Assembly (NCBI GenBank): GCA_963786955.1
Contig: CAWBAT010000006.1
Location: 256,001 to 320,000, forward strand
DNA: 64,000 nt
Direction of reading: 5' to 3'
Source: an uncultured Acidimicrobiia bacterium
GTDB taxonomy: Bacteria > Acidobacteriota > Terriglobia > Versatilivoradales > Versatilivoraceae
Of this stretch, positions 44,544 to 53,459 are shown one piece after another (positions within the stretch are counted from its first letter, which is position 1; the number at the start of each line of letters is the position of its first letter). The notes beneath the pieces are model-generated. The model saw only the letters and a list, made by a program, of their open reading frames with translations. It did no database searches and had not been told where the DNA came from. Position numbers and translations under genes: made by a program.

Positions 44544-44997
44544 ATGCGCGTTCTGCGAAAACTGATTGCGACCACTGTCATGCTGGTGATGGGTCTTTCC
44601 AGCATGAGTGTGGCGATGGTCGCGCAACGACGGATGCCTCAAGCGTCTAAGCCGATGGCTCCGATGTGCCCGAAACACGCGACATATTGTTGCTGTCCCG
44701 AGCTTTGTAATCCTCCTAAAGTTTCTAAAGTTGCGCCGGGATGCCATCATTCAGATAAGAAGCCGAATAATCCTGGCTTGACACCCGCCTCACAAACCTT
44801 CTCATGCTTTCTGAAAGCGGGATGTGGGAAGAACAATGACACCAGTAGCACAATGCCCTTCTTAAAAGATTTCGTTCCAGAACCGCTCGAAGAATTTGGA
44901 GCAAGATTAACAATCGCTTCATTTGTTTCTGCACTAGAATCAACTCAGCCCCTGGAATTCCCTTCCGCGCTCTTTTCACCCTCCCAAAGCCTCCTGA
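44544..44997 (+). CDS. Cys/His-rich exported leader protein (DUF2946-like), probable +1 indel near 44975
   Basis: Signal-like N-terminus; CPKH..YCCCPELC, GCHH, SC....GC; removing one T from a T run gives the C-terminus LFHPPKAS*. Confidence 0.6.
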
Positions 44998-45185
44998 TCG
45001 ACGACTTCTTACTCAAAACACTTAACCAACGGTTCCTCACCCGTTACTGCCTAGCGGACAGGTCTCGTTGAGAGACTGATCGGATTCTCCACAAAGAGAC
45101 GATTTTCTGAGGGCAAAGACTCACTGGCATGCCCAACAGTGTTTCTCTTGGGTCGAGCTAACCGTGTCCTAAGTGTATTTCAACC

Positions 45186-47516
45186 ATGCGAGAACACTTT
45201 CAAGTACGGAAAGGAATCTTTAATGAGAGGGAAACCAAAATCGACGCACAATCAAGAAGGCGTGCGATTATTGCCGGGCTCTCCACCCGTGGTCTTATTT
45301 TATGTCTCTTAGAGATCACTCCTGCAGTTTTGGCCCAGCAGAGAATTAATGGCAAGGTTGTCAACAAAAGTACGGCATCCCCCGTGGTGAACGTTACCGT
45401 GACTATTGAAAGTAGTTTACTCCCCACGACTAGAACGGCAACGACCGACAACAACGGATATTTCTCCTTCTCTTCTTTGAATCCGGGCCGCTACACCCTG
45501 AAAACTTCGCCAGACGGGTACTATGGAGAACAAATCACCTTGCTGCTAGCACCGCGTGCAACCCAGCAGGTTGAGTTTGAACTCAATCCCAAGGAATCCG
45601 TGCAGGAAGAAGTCACCGTCACCGCCAAGCCCAAATTACTGGATGAATCCCAAGCGGCTACCATGATTACCTTGGACCCTGACCAGTTCCTCGCATTGCC
45701 TACTGCCCGCCGAACACAGTTGACAGATATCATTACACCTTACGTTGCCAGTGCCGTGGGTAGTCACGACAATCTCGTCCATTTGCGCGGGAACGAGTTA
45801 TCACTCAATACCTTTATTAATGGGGTCTCTTTTTTCGATAATCCACACCAGTTGTTCACCCCTGGACTTTCCCCGGAAATCATCCAGTCCATGAACATTA
45901 TTACGGGGGGATTTCCCGCTGAGTTTGGCAATCGCTTTGGAGGAATACTGGACATTGTGACGCGTTCCGGCTTCGACGCCAATAACCACGGCAGCGTGTC
46001 GATAGGCGCGGGAGACTACCTGCGAAATAACCTCAGCTTCGACTATGGAGGCCATACCGAACGCTTTGGATACATCTTCTATGCCCAAGGATTTGAGAAC
46101 GACCGGTTCCTCAATACGCCGCAACCACTGCTCCTTCACGACTTCGGCACAGGCCTGCGGAGCTTTGTTCAACTCGACTACCGCTCCGGAAATAACGACT
46201 TCTTCAAGCTCGCATTGACCGGCGACGGAACGAACTTCGAATTGCCAAATACCAATGAAGATGAAGAACGTGGCCGGGACTATTTTCAGCGCAACCGTGA
46301 ACAAACAGCCATCCTATCTTGGGACCATACCTTTTCCGCCACTTCCGCTTTGGCGACTTCTGTCTATGAACGGCAGGTTAGCTCACGGCTAGTGCCGACC
46401 ACCGATCCCTATTCGATCGAAGCAGGCGGATTGCGCATTGACACCACTTTAGGCGTCAAGACTGACTATTCCCTTTATCTGGGTTCTCGCCACAACATTA
46501 AGGCGGGGATCGATTTAATGCACCTCAACTTGCGGGAGGATTTTTCTTTAGACCCGCGCGAGAATGATCTGGAAATTGAACCTATTGCCTTTCGCGGGCG
46601 GAATAGTGGCGGGGAAGCCAGCGTCTACTTTCAGGATCAAATCAAGTTGTTTAAGAATTTTACAGCGAACCTCGGCATTCGTTATGATCAATACAGTCTC
46701 GTCACGAGTGCGCACGCGCTCAGCCCTCGCGTGAACCTTGCTTATGCAATCCCAAGCAGTCACAGCGTCGTGCATTTCGCTTACAATCGATTTTTTGCTC
46801 CGCCTCCCATCGAAAATCTACTCCTCTCATCCGCTCTTGGGTTTGAGGGACGTCCGCCAGGGATCTCCTCCAGTAATCATTTCGAAACCGGCGTGACTCA
46901 TTCCATCAAAGATAAGCTTCTTTTGCGAATGACGGCGTACTGGCGAGGGGACATTAATGCCTTTGAGACTACAGAGCTCGCCAACGTGCGGATTTTCGTG
47001 CCAACCACCTATGCAAAAGGAAAAGCTTATGGCTTGGAGCTTTCAGCCCAATTACCCGAGATTAAACCGATCGGATTATCCGGCTACTTTGGCTTTACGG
47101 CCCAGCGAGCTTTCCTGACAGGTCCGGTTTCTGGTGGTTTCACGGTTGAAGAGATTGCACCGGGAGACATATCACCGGCGGCCTTTGATCAGATCTATAC
47201 GGGGGTCACAGGACTCACTTGGAGAGAACACCGCACTGGAATCTGGGTGAGTGGGGCTTTAGAGTATGGGAGTGGTACGCCGGCAGCGCTACTTACTCCT
47301 GAAGGAGAGAAGTCCGTGCGACTGGATCAACACCTGGTTGCCAATCTTTCTGTTGGCGTTGATTTACTCCAAAAAGAATCGCGTCGAGTGAGCCTTCAAT
47401 TCAATGCAGAGAACTGCACTAACCGGGTGTTTGCCATCGCTAAAGAAAGCGAGTTTACCCCCATCCAATTTTCGAACCCACGCTTCCTATCCGGGTCTGT
47501 GAAATTCTATTTTTGA
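45186..47516 (+). CDS. TonB-dependent receptor, probable metal uptake
   Basis: Carboxypeptidase-like N-domain; plug SHDNLVHLRG, ITGGFPAEFGNRFGG; YFQDQ, LGIRYD, LSPRVN; terminal SVKFYF. Start codon uncertain. Confidence 0.9.
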   Translation: MREHFQVRKGIFNERETKIDAQSRRRAIIAGLSTRGLILCLLEITPAVLAQQRINGKVVNKSTASPVVNVTVTIESSLLPTTRTATTDNNGYFSFSSLNPGRYTLKTSPDGYYGEQITLLLAPRATQQVEFELNPKESVQEEVTVTAKPKLLDESQAATMITLDPDQFLALPTARRTQLTDIITPYVASAVGSHDNLVHLRGNELSLNTFINGVSFFDNPHQLFTPGLSPEIIQSMNIITGGFPAEFGNRFGGILDIVTRSGFDANNHGSVSIGAGDYLRNNLSFDYGGHTERFGYIFYAQGFENDRFLNTPQPLLLHDFGTGLRSFVQLDYRSGNNDFFKLALTGDGTNFELPNTNEDEERGRDYFQRNREQTAILSWDHTFSATSALATSVYERQVSSRLVPTTDPYSIEAGGLRIDTTLGVKTDYSLYLGSRHNIKAGIDLMHLNLREDFSLDPRENDLEIEPIAFRGRNSGGEASVYFQDQIKLFKNFTANLGIRYDQYSLVTSAHALSPRVNLAYAIPSSHSVVHFAYNRFFAPPPIENLLLSSALGFEGRPPGISSSNHFETGVTHSIKDKLLLRMTAYWRGDINAFETTELANVRIFVPTTYAKGKAYGLELSAQLPEIKPIGLSGYFGFTAQRAFLTGPVSGGFTVEEIAPGDISPAAFDQIYTGVTGLTWREHRTGIWVSGALEYGSGTPAALLTPEGEKSVRLDQHLVANLSVGVDLLQKESRRVSLQFNAENCTNRVFAIAKESEFTPIQFSNPRFLSGSVKFYF

Positions 47517-47546
47517 GGCCTGTACTTCGCCAGAAACGACAAGCCC

Positions 47547-48365
47547 AGTAGCAACAGGCCTCCTGGCCTGTTGTCTGGGACAAGCATTCCCAGCTTTTGA
47601 GGGTAAAACTCTGCGAGAACAAATCACAAGAGATGCCCACTCCCACGACAGGCGTGGACGCCTGTCGCTACATAATACAGGGCAACCTTTTCAGCTCTGT
47701 AGGAGCGACCTCTTTGTAGCTCCCACCCACAAACAACGGATTTAGCTCCAGCGGAGCGACCCGTGGGCTGGTTATACAGAACTGCTTTTCATTGAGCATT
47801 CGCCAATCTATTCCCCCTTAACAAAGGGGGCGCGGGAGAGGTCCCAATCGGTTTCAATGCGCGTTTATTTGCGTTCATTCGCGGCCTATTTTTCTTTGCG
47901 TCTTTGCGTCTTTTTGCGGCTATCTAGTCTTCGCCTCGTGGTCCATACTCTATGTTTTCCGCCTTGAATTTAATACCAAGTTGCAATCAATTGGATACAT
48001 AAAGTCGAGCTTGTCTCTCCGGCGGAGGGGAATCGAAACAAGTCCCCTCTGTGGGAGGGGAAGAGGGCTTTAGCCCTCAGGGGTGGGTATGATTATTAGT
48101 GCGAGCTCGAGCATCCTGCCCGCTTTTTGTCACTAACAAACCCACCCCTACACCCCTCCAGCGGAGGGGAATTCAGATTGTCACCGTTTGAATGCAACTT
48201 GGTATAAGGGGGACATGAGGGGGGTCCGTGACGAATTGAAAAAATTCTTATTGCGTCTGATTCAGACCGAAGTTCCAGAGCTCCGTAGGAGCAACCTGTT
48301 TGTAGCTCCCACCCAAAGACAAAGCATTTAGCTCCAGCGGAGCGACCCGTGGGGCGGTTACACAG
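47547..48365. repeat. Mosaic of REP-like palindromes, an ~85-bp direct repeat and a TIR-bounded element
   Basis: Direct repeat ~47693..47779 / ~48279..48365 (AGCTC.GTAGGAGC.ACC..TTTGTAGCTCCCACCCA..TTTAGCTCCAGCGGAGCGACCCGTGGG); TIRs ATACCAAGTTGCAATCAA (47973) and TTGAATGCAACTTGGTAT (48205). Confidence 0.85.
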
Positions 48366-48581
48366 CGCTACATAGATAGGACAATGCGATTCCGCCGAAA
48401 CCGTCGCTCGTACCCAGAAAGATGTGCCGACGCAGAACACTCTGAACTTGATAAGGATTTTTGGGCTTTGTTCTTGATTCTGCATGGTTATGTTCTCTAT
48501 TAAGGTATAATGTGTTGATTTTGGCATCGCGCAATACCCTGTTTCATTCCCCCGCCACACCCATACATAAGGAGATGCCCT

Positions 48582-48953
48582 TTGCTTCAGATCAAACCGC
48601 TTGACCCAAGCGTTCCAATCTTTCAGCAACTCAACACCGATGTCTCACCTGTGGTCTTGGTGAATGTGTTCCAAGTCGCGGAAGCAGACATTCCAGCCCT
48701 TCTTAAGGCTTGGGAAGCGGACGCAAATTGGATGAAGCAGCAGCCCGGCTATATCTCAACGCAGTTGCATCAAGGCATCGCGGGCAGCACCGTGTTCATG
48801 AACTACGCGGTGTGGGAGTCCGTCGCCCATTTTCGGGCGGCGTTCAGCCATCCAGAATTCAAGAAGGCCTTAGAGCACTACCCGCCTTCAGTCGTGGCAT
48901 CGCCCCATCTTTTCACGCGACTCACGGTTCCGAATCTGTGTGTTGGTCCATAG
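48582..48953 (+). CDS. Antibiotic biosynthesis monooxygenase (ABM) family protein
   Basis: VVLVNVF, MKQQPGYISTQLH.G, NYAVWES; AAGGAG RBS before a TTG start. Confidence 0.85.
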   Translation: MLQIKPLDPSVPIFQQLNTDVSPVVLVNVFQVAEADIPALLKAWEADANWMKQQPGYISTQLHQGIAGSTVFMNYAVWESVAHFRAAFSHPEFKKALEHYPPSVVASPHLFTRLTVPNLCVGP

Positions 48954-49000
48954 GCCGTTTGAACAGGAGAGAGGAATACCAACCTTTAGAGGTGAAGATT

Positions 49001-49210
49001 ATGAAAACGTACACGGCTGTGGTCGAGCGTTGTCCTGACACAGGAATGTACGTGGGGTATGTGCCGGGTTTTCCCGGAGCCCACACCCAGGCGGAGAGCT
49101 TGGACGAATTGAATACCAACCTTCGAGAAGTGATTGGGCTGTTGCTCGAAGACAGAGAGCCTGGTTTGGAAGCGGAATTTGTAGGCACCGAGACCGTCAT
49201 CGTGGGTTGA
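49001..49210 (+). CDS. hicB: HicB-family antitoxin
   Basis: MKTYTAVVERC..YVGYVPGFPGAHTQAESLDEL..NLREVI.LLLE; GAGGTG RBS. Confidence 0.85.
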   Translation: MKTYTAVVERCPDTGMYVGYVPGFPGAHTQAESLDELNTNLREVIGLLLEDREPGLEAEFVGTETVIVG

Positions 49211-49323
49211 CGATGGGAAAAAATCTCATCCTTATCGAAGAATTCCTGAAACACGGTAGGTCGGCCTAACCCATTCACAGCCGTTAGCCGTGTTCTAATT
49301 CAGAGCGTTTCGAGGAAGTGCAC

Positions 49324-49707
49324 ATGTCATCAAAGAAGACACCAGCAGATAGCGACGGGCAGGACGGGATTGTTGCCGAGGCGCGGCGCTACCAGGCTCA
49401 GCGGGAGCAGACCTATCGGGAGCAAGCGCTCAAGCTCTATCCCGGCATCTGTGCACGCTGCGGCCGCGAATTCAGCGGCAAAAGACTGCGCGAGCTCACA
49501 GTCCATCACAAGGACCACAACCACGACAACAATCCACCCGACGGGAGCAACTGGGAGTTGCTGTGTCTCTACTGTCACGACAATGAGCACGAGCGGTATA
49601 AGGTTGCTGATGCGTATGGTGCGGCGACACCGGGCGGGGAGCGAGAGCCCCCTTCTACCTACAGGCCGTTCGCCGATCTCGATGCCTTATTGAAGCGCAA
49701 GAAGTAG
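49324..49707 (+). CDS. yajD: YajD-family HNH nuclease
   Basis: YREQALKLYP.ICARCGREF, LTVHHKDHNHDNNPPDGSNWELLCLYCHDNEH, PFADL. Confidence 0.9.
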   Translation: MSSKKTPADSDGQDGIVAEARRYQAQREQTYREQALKLYPGICARCGREFSGKRLRELTVHHKDHNHDNNPPDGSNWELLCLYCHDNEHERYKVADAYGAATPGGEREPPSTYRPFADLDALLKRKK

Positions 49708-49954
49708 CCGTCCCAGTGCACTATCGACAAAAACGCATGATCGAGAGCTGGGTGGGAAAGAAAAGGAGCCAGAAACCGTTTGCCCAGGCAGCCTGCACGG
49801 GGGGGCTCCCTAGAAACTTCTTCCAGGAACGGACAGTTAGGCAACCTAAAAATATTTGGCAGTACCTTTCTATTGCACGGCCATGAAACGGCATAACTAG
49901 CCAGAGGCGAAGGCCTCCAGCCGGGCCTGATGCACGACGTTGGGCAAACTTTCT

Positions 49955-50503
49955 ATGGAAAATAATCGAATCCAAATGATACTTGTCTCCGCTGCGGCTC
50001 TGTCGTTTTGCTGCCTCAGCTATTCGGAACCTCAACTCAACAACAAGAAAGAAACCACGATGGAACCTAGGATTAGTGTCATTACATTAGGCGTATCCGA
50101 TCTGGAAAGGTCTTTTGCCTTTTATAAGAAAGGCCTTGGATTCCCAACCAAAATGACGCCTGACGGAGGGATTGTAGTTTTTGCTACTTCAGGAACACGG
50201 TTGACTTTGTATTCTTATAAGAAATTGGCAGAAGACGCTGAGCTGACGGCGCCGACAATTGAGAAGGAAAAGAATAAGTTTCCTGGATTTACGTTAGGCC
50301 ATTGTGCTCGAAAAAAAGAAGATGTTGATGCGATATTGTTGCAAGCGGAGAAGGCGGGAGGCAAGATTGTGAAATCCGCTAGAGATGTCTTCTGGGGAGG
50401 ATACAGCGGGTATTTTTCTGATCCAGATGGATACTTGTGGGAGGTTGCCTATTCAGACCAATGGAAATTTAACCCGGATGGTAGCATAGTCATGGAAGAA
50501 TAG
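49955..50503 (+). CDS. VOC/glyoxalase family protein inside an integron-type cassette
   Basis: RISVITLGVSDLERS..FY, FWGGYSGYFSDPDGYLWEVA; alternative start at 50060. Confidence 0.9.
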   Translation: MENNRIQMILVSAAALSFCCLSYSEPQLNNKKETTMEPRISVITLGVSDLERSFAFYKKGLGFPTKMTPDGGIVVFATSGTRLTLYSYKKLAEDAELTAPTIEKEKNKFPGFTLGHCARKKEDVDAILLQAEKAGGKIVKSARDVFWGGYSGYFSDPDGYLWEVAYSDQWKFNPDGSIVMEE

Positions 50504-50511
50504 CAGTGAAA

Positions 50512-50572
50512 GCCCAACCAATCGCTGGAGGAACGGCGGACAAGCCGCCGTCCCTCAGCTCTAACGTTTGGC
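50512..50572 (+). mobile_element. Integron attC-like recombination site
   Basis: R'' GCCCAAC 8 nt after the stop; L'' GCTG(G)AG pairs with L' CTCAGC leaving one extra base; inner stem ACGGCGG/CCGCCGT; R' GTTTGGC; GTTGGGC at 49939 complements R''. Confidence 0.75.
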
Positions 50573-50631
50573 GCCTGCACCACCCACCGATCCGCTGCAT
50601 GACGCGATAAGGGATTCCATGGCAATGACGA

Positions 50632-50670
50632 ACGGCAAGAACACTCTCGGCCGCGTGTACGAGTACTTCG
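50632..50670 (+). pseudogene. Possible tiny remnant of type I R-M methyltransferase hsdM
   Basis: Encodes KNTLGRVYEYF, resembling the HsdM motif D.LGRVYEYF; very short match. Confidence 0.4.
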
Positions 50671-50727
50671 TCGCGGCCAGTGGCGGTCCCGGCGCACGGA
50701 CCACAACGCGCGGATCCAGCAGCACAC

Positions 50728-50969
50728 CGGCAGCGCTTTTCACTCTTGAAGGAGAGAAGATGATCCTGCTGGAACAACACCTAGTTGCCAAACTTTCTGT
50801 TGGCGTCGATCTTTTCCAGAAGGAATCCCATCAGGTGAATCAGCAATTTTATGCAGAAAACATCACTAACCGTGAGTTTGCCATCGCTAAAGAGAGCGAG
50901 TTTACCCCCGTCCAGTTTTCGTCCCTATGCTTCCTATCCGGGTTCGGGAAATTTTATTTTTGAGGCCTG
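50728..50969 (+). repeat. Diverged duplicate of the TBDR 3' end (47281..47522)
   Basis: Ungapped 242-bp alignment with about 46 mismatches by manual count (~81%), ending TTTTGAGGCCTG in both copies. Confidence 0.92.
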
Positions 50970-51146
50970 CCTCGCTAGTGGTGACAGGTTAGACAGAGAG
51001 AGGGGGAGCAGATGAGGCTCTTCCTCCCCCTATCAATCTCTTAGTGCATGCATTCGCCGCATTTAGGGTAACCGCTTTCTTTCAGGCCTCTCCACATCTC
51101 TCTTTTGGATGACCGCATTATCACCATAACATTTCGAAAAGATTCG

Positions 51147-52796
51147 CTAACGGTAAAGTGAGGCTGCAGAGCGAGCAACCCTATTCAAACTAGACCGAAC
51201 TTCATAAAGCAGATCATCCCCAGGTATACTTGGGTCCTGTTGAAGCACGTGATGCCCAAGTGCCATCGCATACTCACTAAATGCAATCTCAAAACACAAC
51301 CGGCGAAAAGCAACGTCTTCAGGTCCACTCGTTTCTAGTGCAGCCTTAACAACAGGGTGATCAAGATTAATTAATATTGTTAGTATAGCCGGATCGTATC
51401 TGGAACGGTCTTCTGTAGAACCCAAGTGCTGATGCTTTACTCGAAAACCGCCCCGCGGCATGCTCTGTTTTGATGATCCCGAGCCAGCACGGTCGACGGT
51501 CCTGTTGCCTTTATCATCTCTTGTAGCAGGTCTGACAAGGCGTGGATCGCTGCGCCCCCCTGAATTGCCAACAACTTTTAACTTATTCCTATTGTCAAAA
51601 CGGCCTGGTTCAGTTCCGCCTTCTATCCACGATTCCTCGCTACCCCCTCCAACCTGAGCACGGCCAGATCGTTGTGCTGCTGCACCCGGCGCAATGGCTG
51701 TCGCCCTTATGTCGGTCAACCGGTCCAGAAGACTTGTAAAATCTTCGTTGAGAACCTCCGCGATTCGGTTAGCCTCAGCGTCAAGCCTTCTGGCCTCCTC
51801 GGTTTTGCGAGCCTCTTTGGCACGCCGAACCAAATCGCTCCTAACCAGTTCTAATTTTGAACCGATGAACCCCAGCAGAACAGCTGCAACAGGATGCTGG
51901 GGATTCAACTGTAGTGACCTAGTAGGATCGAAAGGCTGCAATGGACTGTCAGATCTCTCTAACTCTGGAACGTCTATTTCTCCGAAGAGGTAAGTTCCAA
52001 ACTCTTTGTTCTCGACACCTGCACGCTCTACGGACAAGAGATTTCCGCCACCCGCTGTGATCGTAATACCTTGGTCCGCCTCCCTCAGTGGGGCACGTGC
52101 CACTTTGATAAGCAGCTCAACATCACCGATTACTCGAGCTTGAGATTCGGTTGGCCGGAAAGAGTGGATTGTGTCAATCTCGGGTTCCCGGTAACAGCAA
52201 ACATGGTTATTTACTGCTACCTCCGGCATTAATGCACGGAAAACTTGAAGATGACGCTCGATGTACTCAACGATTGGTTGTGTCCTTATGCGTTCCAGAG
52301 CTATGTCTTCTATAGAGATCATCGTTCCATTAGGTGTACCTACTCTCTCGTTTCGAATTTCCCATACGAGCGGGATGTCCTCTCCATTGGAATTTTCTAT
52401 TTTTTCACGCGTGAGGATAATGACGTTCCTTAGCCCCTTCCGAACTGTGTCGACTCTCAAACATCGAGCGATCCCGAAGGCAGCTGACTTCCCAGTACCG
52501 AACTTGCCTCTTCCTGGTCGACCCCGAAGACGATCAAGGTTCTCGGCATGCATTTTGAAGAAATGTTCCAGGTCCGGTTCATCCATACCGCGACCATTAT
52601 CACTTATTCTAATTATTCGTTGCTGGGGTAAAACGTCCACGACGACTCGAGGGGCAACGTTCCTGTCTACGAATTGAAGACTGTTAACTACGTACTCCCA
52701 CACAGCAGCAGCTTCAGTTTTAAAAGAAGTAGCCGACGCAAGTAGATCGCGACCGACGTGGGATGTGACTTTGATTTCTGCCAAACGCTTTTTCAT
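51147..52796 (-). CDS. GHKL ATPase of prokaryotic MORC/MutL-like type
   Basis: Bergerat motifs WEYVVNS, ISDNGRGM, GRGKFGTGKSA, NGT; then a central domain, coiled coil, Gly-rich linker and C-terminal ILINLDHP. Confidence 0.85.
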   Translation of the reverse strand: MKKRLAEIKVTSHVGRDLLASATSFKTEAAAVWEYVVNSLQFVDRNVAPRVVVDVLPQQRIIRISDNGRGMDEPDLEHFFKMHAENLDRLRGRPGRGKFGTGKSAAFGIARCLRVDTVRKGLRNVIILTREKIENSNGEDIPLVWEIRNERVGTPNGTMISIEDIALERIRTQPIVEYIERHLQVFRALMPEVAVNNHVCCYREPEIDTIHSFRPTESQARVIGDVELLIKVARAPLREADQGITITAGGGNLLSVERAGVENKEFGTYLFGEIDVPELERSDSPLQPFDPTRSLQLNPQHPVAAVLLGFIGSKLELVRSDLVRRAKEARKTEEARRLDAEANRIAEVLNEDFTSLLDRLTDIRATAIAPGAAAQRSGRAQVGGGSEESWIEGGTEPGRFDNRNKLKVVGNSGGRSDPRLVRPATRDDKGNRTVDRAGSGSSKQSMPRGGFRVKHQHLGSTEDRSRYDPAILTILINLDHPVVKAALETSGPEDVAFRRLCFEIAFSEYAMALGHHVLQQDPSIPGDDLLYEVRSSLNRVARSAASLYR

Positions 52797-53407
52797 TTCT
52801 GTCCCTCATTCACACCAAGAAATTTCGCAGCAACATCAAGAAACTCTGCAATGTCAGGATCCTCAATAAATAATCCATGCAACCTTGTGACCTTTGATTG
52901 CCGCAGTGTCTCGTCTGAATAGCTGTCTACGCGGAACAATTCGCGTGCCTCTGCAGGCGTTATCCTCCTGTTGCCAGAAGTCCAGCGTGCCCATGCTGAG
53001 GATGCAAGCAACCTTTCTCTCTCGCGGGTTCTCCTAGTTGAGTCGATTGATTTGAGCATTGACTCCGATCTATGCCTGTCAATCTGAAGGTTTGGCATCT
53101 TGGCCTTCATTGATGTAGCCCATTTCAGCCCCCGAACTGTGAGAGACCAGCCCGTTCGGCCCGAACCAGATATCAAAGCTCCCTTCATCGGCTTTTTTGC
53201 ATCCGAGAGAAATACTCGTACGAGTTCAAGATTGATCTGGTCCGGATACTTTCTCCAAACAAACCGCCCAGGGGCTAGTTCATGTGCTTTAACCGCTATA
53301 TCCTCGGTATCTAGCCGATGCTGGTCCCCACCCAAGACATAAACTGCCCACACTACAGCATCTCTCTGCGATATACTTGTCAAGGATTTTTTCTTGTTTT
53401 TTTTCAT
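52793..53407 (-). CDS. Uncharacterised protein with probable winged-HTH N-terminus, coupled to the GHKL ATPase
   Basis: AVYVLGG..DTEDIAVKAHELAPGRF.WRKYPD..VRVFLSDAKK..GWSLT..G; ATGA overlap with the ATPase start. Confidence 0.7.
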   Translation of the reverse strand: MKKNKKKSLTSISQRDAVVWAVYVLGGDQHRLDTEDIAVKAHELAPGRFVWRKYPDQINLELVRVFLSDAKKPMKGALISGSGRTGWSLTVRGLKWATSMKAKMPNLQIDRHRSESMLKSIDSTRRTRERERLLASSAWARWTSGNRRITPAEARELFRVDSYSDETLRQSKVTRLHGLFIEDPDIAEFLDVAAKFLGVNEGQK

Positions 53408-53446
53408 TGACCGAGTAATATTAATGACGGATTAACCGATAGTCAA
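53407..53446. promoter_or_regulatory. Compact divergent promoter region
   Basis: Minus strand TTGACT-N17-TAATAT, 10 nt before the ATG; opposed TTGAC on the plus strand at 53407. Confidence 0.55.
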
Positions 53447-53459
53447 GGAATTTTTGTAT

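Noticed and set aside
48096-48629. ORF-track entries over repeat DNA (also 3740..4003, 5016..5204, 40504..40689, 57494..57853) and antisense shadow ORFs
   Set aside because: They translate REP/MITE sequence or the opposite strand of well-supported genes and show no protein motifs.
47281-50969. Diversity-generating retroelement (VR/TR pair) at the TBDR C-terminus
   Set aside because: Mismatches involve all four bases rather than being adenine-specific, and there is no reverse transcriptase in the window.
51147-52796. Sensor histidine kinase, Hsp90 or MutL call for the GHKL protein
   Set aside because: The ATPase is N-terminal with no HisKA or sensor domain, and it lacks the MutL GFRGEAL and Hsp90 signature segments.
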